Shown here: piece by piece, positions 59,801 through 64,000 of the stretch
How the letters are laid out: each line of letters begins with the position of its first letter
Numbering within the stretch: position 1 is the stretch's first letter
Source of the DNA: Protoeuglena noctilucae
Lineage: Eukaryota
Assembly: GCA_958009085.1 (NCBI GenBank)
Contig: OY253682.1
Location: 682,001 to 746,000, forward strand
Length of the DNA stretch: 64,000 bases
Direction: 5' to 3'
The notes under the pieces: generated by a model
Databases searched by the model: none
Told to the model about the DNA's origin: nothing
What the model saw: only the letters and a program-made list of their open reading frames with translations
Translations under genes and position numbers: made by a program

Positions 59801-62800
59801 CGAGAAGTGGGACGTGATCACGCGGAAGGGCGGCGACGCCGCCGTGGCGGGGGCGGTGCGGCTGCTGATCATCGACGAGGTGCACCTCCTCAACGACGAC
59901 CGGGGGAGCGTCATCGAGGTGAATGGCTACATCTGTAATGGCGGGGAATGTGCTGACTGGAGACTGCTTCCTTTGTACCAGCGCCGACGTGCCGCGTTTC
60001 TTGTCGACCGCACGACCACCCCTCTGCGCCCCTCCTTTCCCGCAGACGCTGGTGGCCCGCACGCAGCGGCAGGTCGAGGCCACACAGTCCATGATCCGCA
60101 TTGTGGGCCTCTCCGCCACCCTCCCCAACTACCGCGACGTGGCGGCCTTCCTCTCCGTCAACCTCAGCACCGGCCTCTTCTTCTTTGACGCCTCGTACCG
60201 CCCCGTGCCCCTCGAGACGCAGTTCATTGGCGTCTCGGAGCCATCACTGGTCGGCCGCACGCGCGTGATGAACCAGGTTTGCTGGGACAAGGTCGCCGAG
60301 AGCCTCAGGGGAGGGTACCAAGCCATGGTGTTCGTGCACTCGCGCAAAGAGACGGGTGAGGGGCAGTTGGTTGCCATGACACAGAGTCGCAACATCCATT
60401 TATGTCCCGGTCTCTCCACCCGCCCCATCACTTACTCTGCACACACACCAATCTGAACACACACCCACTTGCCCTGTCGCAGGCAAGACGGCGCGCACGC
60501 TGGCGGACCTGGCCGCGGCGTCGGGGTCCTCCGAGCTCCTCCTGGCCCCCTCGCATGACGAGCAGTACGGCATCTGGAAGCGCGAGGTGTCCCGCTCCCG
60601 CAACCGCGAGCTCCAGGAGCTCTTCGACCGGGGCGTGGCCATCCACCACGCGGGCATGCTGCGGTCGGACCGGAACCTGGTCGAGCGCCTCTTCTCGCGG
60701 GGGGTGGTGCGCGTGCTGTGCTGCACGGCCACGCTGGCCTGGGGGGTCAACCTGCCGGCGCACACGGTGGTCATCAAGGGGACGCAGATGTACGACCCCC
60801 AGCAGGGGTGCTTCACGGAGGTGGGCATGCTCGACGTGCAGCAGATCTTCGGGCGCGCGGGCCGCCCCCAGTACAACATCCCCGGCGTGGGCATCATCAT
60901 CACCACGCACGACAAGCTGGCGCGTTACCTGGGCATGCTCACCCACAGCGCGCCCATCGAGTCGCACTTCGAGAAGGGCCTCGTCGACAACCTCAACGCC
61001 GAGGTGGTGCTGGGCACGGTGACCAACGTGCGGGAGGCGTGCACGTGGCTCAGCTACACCTACATGCACACGCGCATGACCAAGAACCCCCTGGCCTACG
61101 GCGTCACGTGGGAGGAGCTGCAGTCGGACCCGGGACTGGAGCTGCACCGCCGCCGCATGGTGGAGCGCGCGGCCAAGGAGCTTGACCGCAGCCGCATGGT
61201 GCGGTTCGACGAGCGCAGCGGCAACCTTTACGTCACGGAGCTGGGGCGCGTGGCCAGCCACTACTACGTACGGCACAAGACGGTCGTCGAGTTCAACGAG
61301 AGGCTGAGGCCTCAGATGTCCGAGGCGGAGGTTTTGGACCTCATTGCCTCATCCGCAGAGTTCGAGCAGATGAACGTCAGGCGAGGGGCTTGGGCGCGGG
61401 GGTGTGACACACGGCGGGGACTGCGCGTGAATGGCGATGCTCAGAGAGTGACTGCGCAACATTGCTGACAATGTGACTGCGTGTGTCCATCTGCGCCCTG
61501 CAGGGAGGACGAGATTGTGGAGTTGGAGCGGCTGGCACGCCGCGAGTGCCCCGTGGAGCTCAGGCACGGCGTCGACAGCAAGCAGGGCAAGGCCAACGCA
61601 CTGCTGCAGGTGCGGGAAGGCTTGAGGGACGACCCTGTGCCACTCGTTCCCTCTGTTCTGTCCCTGACTGCCGCACCACCAGCGTCACCCCTGCCCTCCC
61701 AAGCACCGACCCTCACTCCCACCCCCGCAGTCCTTCGTGTCCCGCGCCCGCATCGACACCTTCTCCCTCGTCGCCGACATGAACTACGTGGCCCAGAACG
61801 CCCCCCGCATCGCCCGCGCCCTGCTCGAGATCGCCATCAAGCGCGGGTGGCCGTCCCTGGTCGACGTCCTGTTGGCGGTCTGCAAGAGCCTTGAGCAGCA
61901 GTGCTGGCCCACGCAGCACCCGCTCCGGCAGTTCCCCCACGCCCTCAACCCCCTCCTCCTGCACAAGCTGGAGGACCACGGCCTGACCCTGGAGCGGCTG
62001 TGGGACATGGATGCAACCACCATCGAGCGCATCGCCAGGCACCCACGCTGCGGCCGCCCGGTGCGCGACGTCGTCGACGGCTTCCCCGACCTCTCCCTCG
62101 ACTGCGACGTCCAGCCCATCACGCGGTCAGTGCTCCGTGTTGTGCTGCGCATCACGCCCGAGGTGAGAGAGAAAGACGAAACAAGAGTGTCGAGGCATAT
62201 TCAGGCCTCGTGTCAGTCAATCTGCATTGGCGCTCATACCACTGCCAGCGCCCGCTGCTCAGTGTGTGCCCTAGCCACTTGGGTGGTCATCTGGGCGGTT
62301 GTCGGCACCGCCCCTCCCCAAACTCTTGCAGTTCAAGTGGCGTGACGGCATGCACGGCGGCGCCACCCGCTGGCACATCTGGGTGGAGGACGCGGAGAAC
62401 GAGCACATCTACCACCACGAGACCTGGGCGCTGACCAAGAAGATGCACCGGGAGGGCACGCAGCCGGTGTCCTTCACCATCCCCGTCTTCGAGCCCCTGC
62501 CGCCCCAGTACTTCGTCCGCGTGGCCAGCGACACGTGGCTGCACGCGGAGGCGGTCCACGAGATGCGATTTGACACCCTGGTGCTCCCGGACCGGGCCCC
62601 CGCCCATACGGCTCTTCTGGACCTGGACCCTCTGCCACGCACGGCCCTCAGAGATCCCTCTTTCGAGGCCCTCTACCGCTTCTCCCACTTCAACCCAATC
62701 CAGACCCAGGCCTTCCACGCCCTGTACCACTCGGACGACAGCGTGCTGATGGGCGCACCCACGGGGTCGGGGAAGACGGTCATGGCCGAGCTAGCCATGC

Positions 62801-64000
62801 TGAGGTTGTTCAAGCACCGACCGGACTTCAAGGCGAGTGTGCGGGGGACGAGAAAATTAGGGTCTGCAAGTGTTCATGTTGGGAAGGCAGAGAAGGCGGG
62901 GCTGTGCAGTTACCTGTGACCGTGACCGCCCTTGCGCCACCCAGGTCATCTACATCGCCCCGCTCAAGGCCCTGGTGCGCGAGCGGATCGAGGACTGGGG
63001 CGCGGGTCTCTGCCGCCACCTGGGGAAGCGCCTGGTGGAGCTGACGGGCGACCACACCCCCGACATGCGCGCGCTGCTGTCGGCGGACGTGATCGTGTGC
63101 ACGCCCGAGAAGTGGGACGGCATCTCCCGCAGCTGGCACACGCGCGGGTACGTGCGCCGCGTGGGGCTGCTGGTGATCGACGAGATCCACCTCCTCGGCC
63201 AGGACCGTGGCCCCGTGCTGGAGGTCATCGTGTCGCGCATGCGGTACATCGCCGCGCAGACGGGCGCGGGGGTGCGGTTCGTGGGGCTGTCGACCGCCCT
63301 GGCCAACGCCGAGGACCTGGCCGCGTGGCTGGGGGTCAAGCGCGCGGGCCTGTTCAACTTCAAGCCCAGCGTGCGCCCGGTGCCGATGGAGGTGCACATC
63401 CAGGGGTACCCGGGGAAGCACTACTGCCCGCGCATGGCCACCATGAACAAGCCATGCTACGCGGCCATCCAGATGCACTCCCCCTCCAAGCCCGTGCTCG
63501 TCTTCGTGTCCTCGCGCCGGCAGACGCGGCTCACCGCCCTCGACCTCATCGCCTACGCCGCCGCGGACGGGCGGCCCCGGGCGTTCGTGCACATGGGGGA
63601 GGCGGAGCTGGAGGCAGCGCTGGCCGGGGTGCGGGATGCGTCCCTGCGTCACACGCTGGGGTTCGGCATCGGCCTGCACCACGCGGGGCTCACGGAGGCC
63701 GACCGCAAAGTCGTGGAGGGGCTCTTCGTGGAGGGGAAGATCCAGGTGAGTAGACAAGGGTGGAGGGTTGCATGAGGTTGAGAGGATGCATGTGTTGAGG
63801 CAAGGTGCAGGGTGCTACATGGAGGCACGGAGTAGTGGAGAGAGTCCTGACATGTGCAGCGCTGGTACGATGACATCGCGTGTCCTCCTCCCCTCAGGTG
63901 CTGGTGGCGACGTCGACGCTGGCGTGGGGCGTCAACACCCCCACGCACCTGGTGATCGTCAAGGGCACCGAGTTCTACGACGCCCCCACCAAGCGGTACG
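56848..64000 (+). CDS. ASCC3: ASCC3/Slh1-type tandem Ski2-like DExH helicase (3' end outside window)
   Basis: N-terminal [20 protein letters not shown], Sec63 region; second cassette [24 protein letters not shown]. Confidence 0.92.

Overview
Very GC-rich, gene-dense eukaryotic DNA with many short (~60-140 nt) spliceosomal introns. It is most consistent with a compact green-algal nuclear genome (inferred from plastid/lumen-type targeting peptides and plant-like orthologues). From 12.7 kb to the end it holds about 19 mostly housekeeping genes: PRCC, a small membrane protein, an EF-hand protein, dUTPase, an FxPxI-repeat protein, an Hsp70-NBD protein, cyclophilin, PIG-T, HhH-GPD glycosylase, MRS2, CDK20-like kinase, TBCB, URB1, 2Fe-2S ferredoxin, DUF1499, TPPII, a P-loop NTPase, RRP40 and ASCC3. 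The standout is 1.38-12.22 kb, between a DEAD-box gene and an intron-containing tRNA-Glu(TTC) gene. It is a nested stack of about six same-orientation, (ATC)n-tailed non-LTR retroposon insertions. These include an ~8.8 kb L1/Tx1-like LINE with no ORF1 (APE-RT-RNase H-CCHC, ~3 kb 3' UTR), several 5'-truncated copies, and an ~0.8 kb non-autonomous derivative whose 5' end carries an HDV-like ribozyme core. Removing the insertions by their target-site duplications places every insertion about 40-150 bp downstream of the tRNA gene, suggesting a tRNA-gene-targeted retrotransposon system. Also notable: a candidate ~400-nt intronic H/ACA RNA and unusually frequent GC-AG introns. Exon boundaries and identities were read by eye; no database searches were run.
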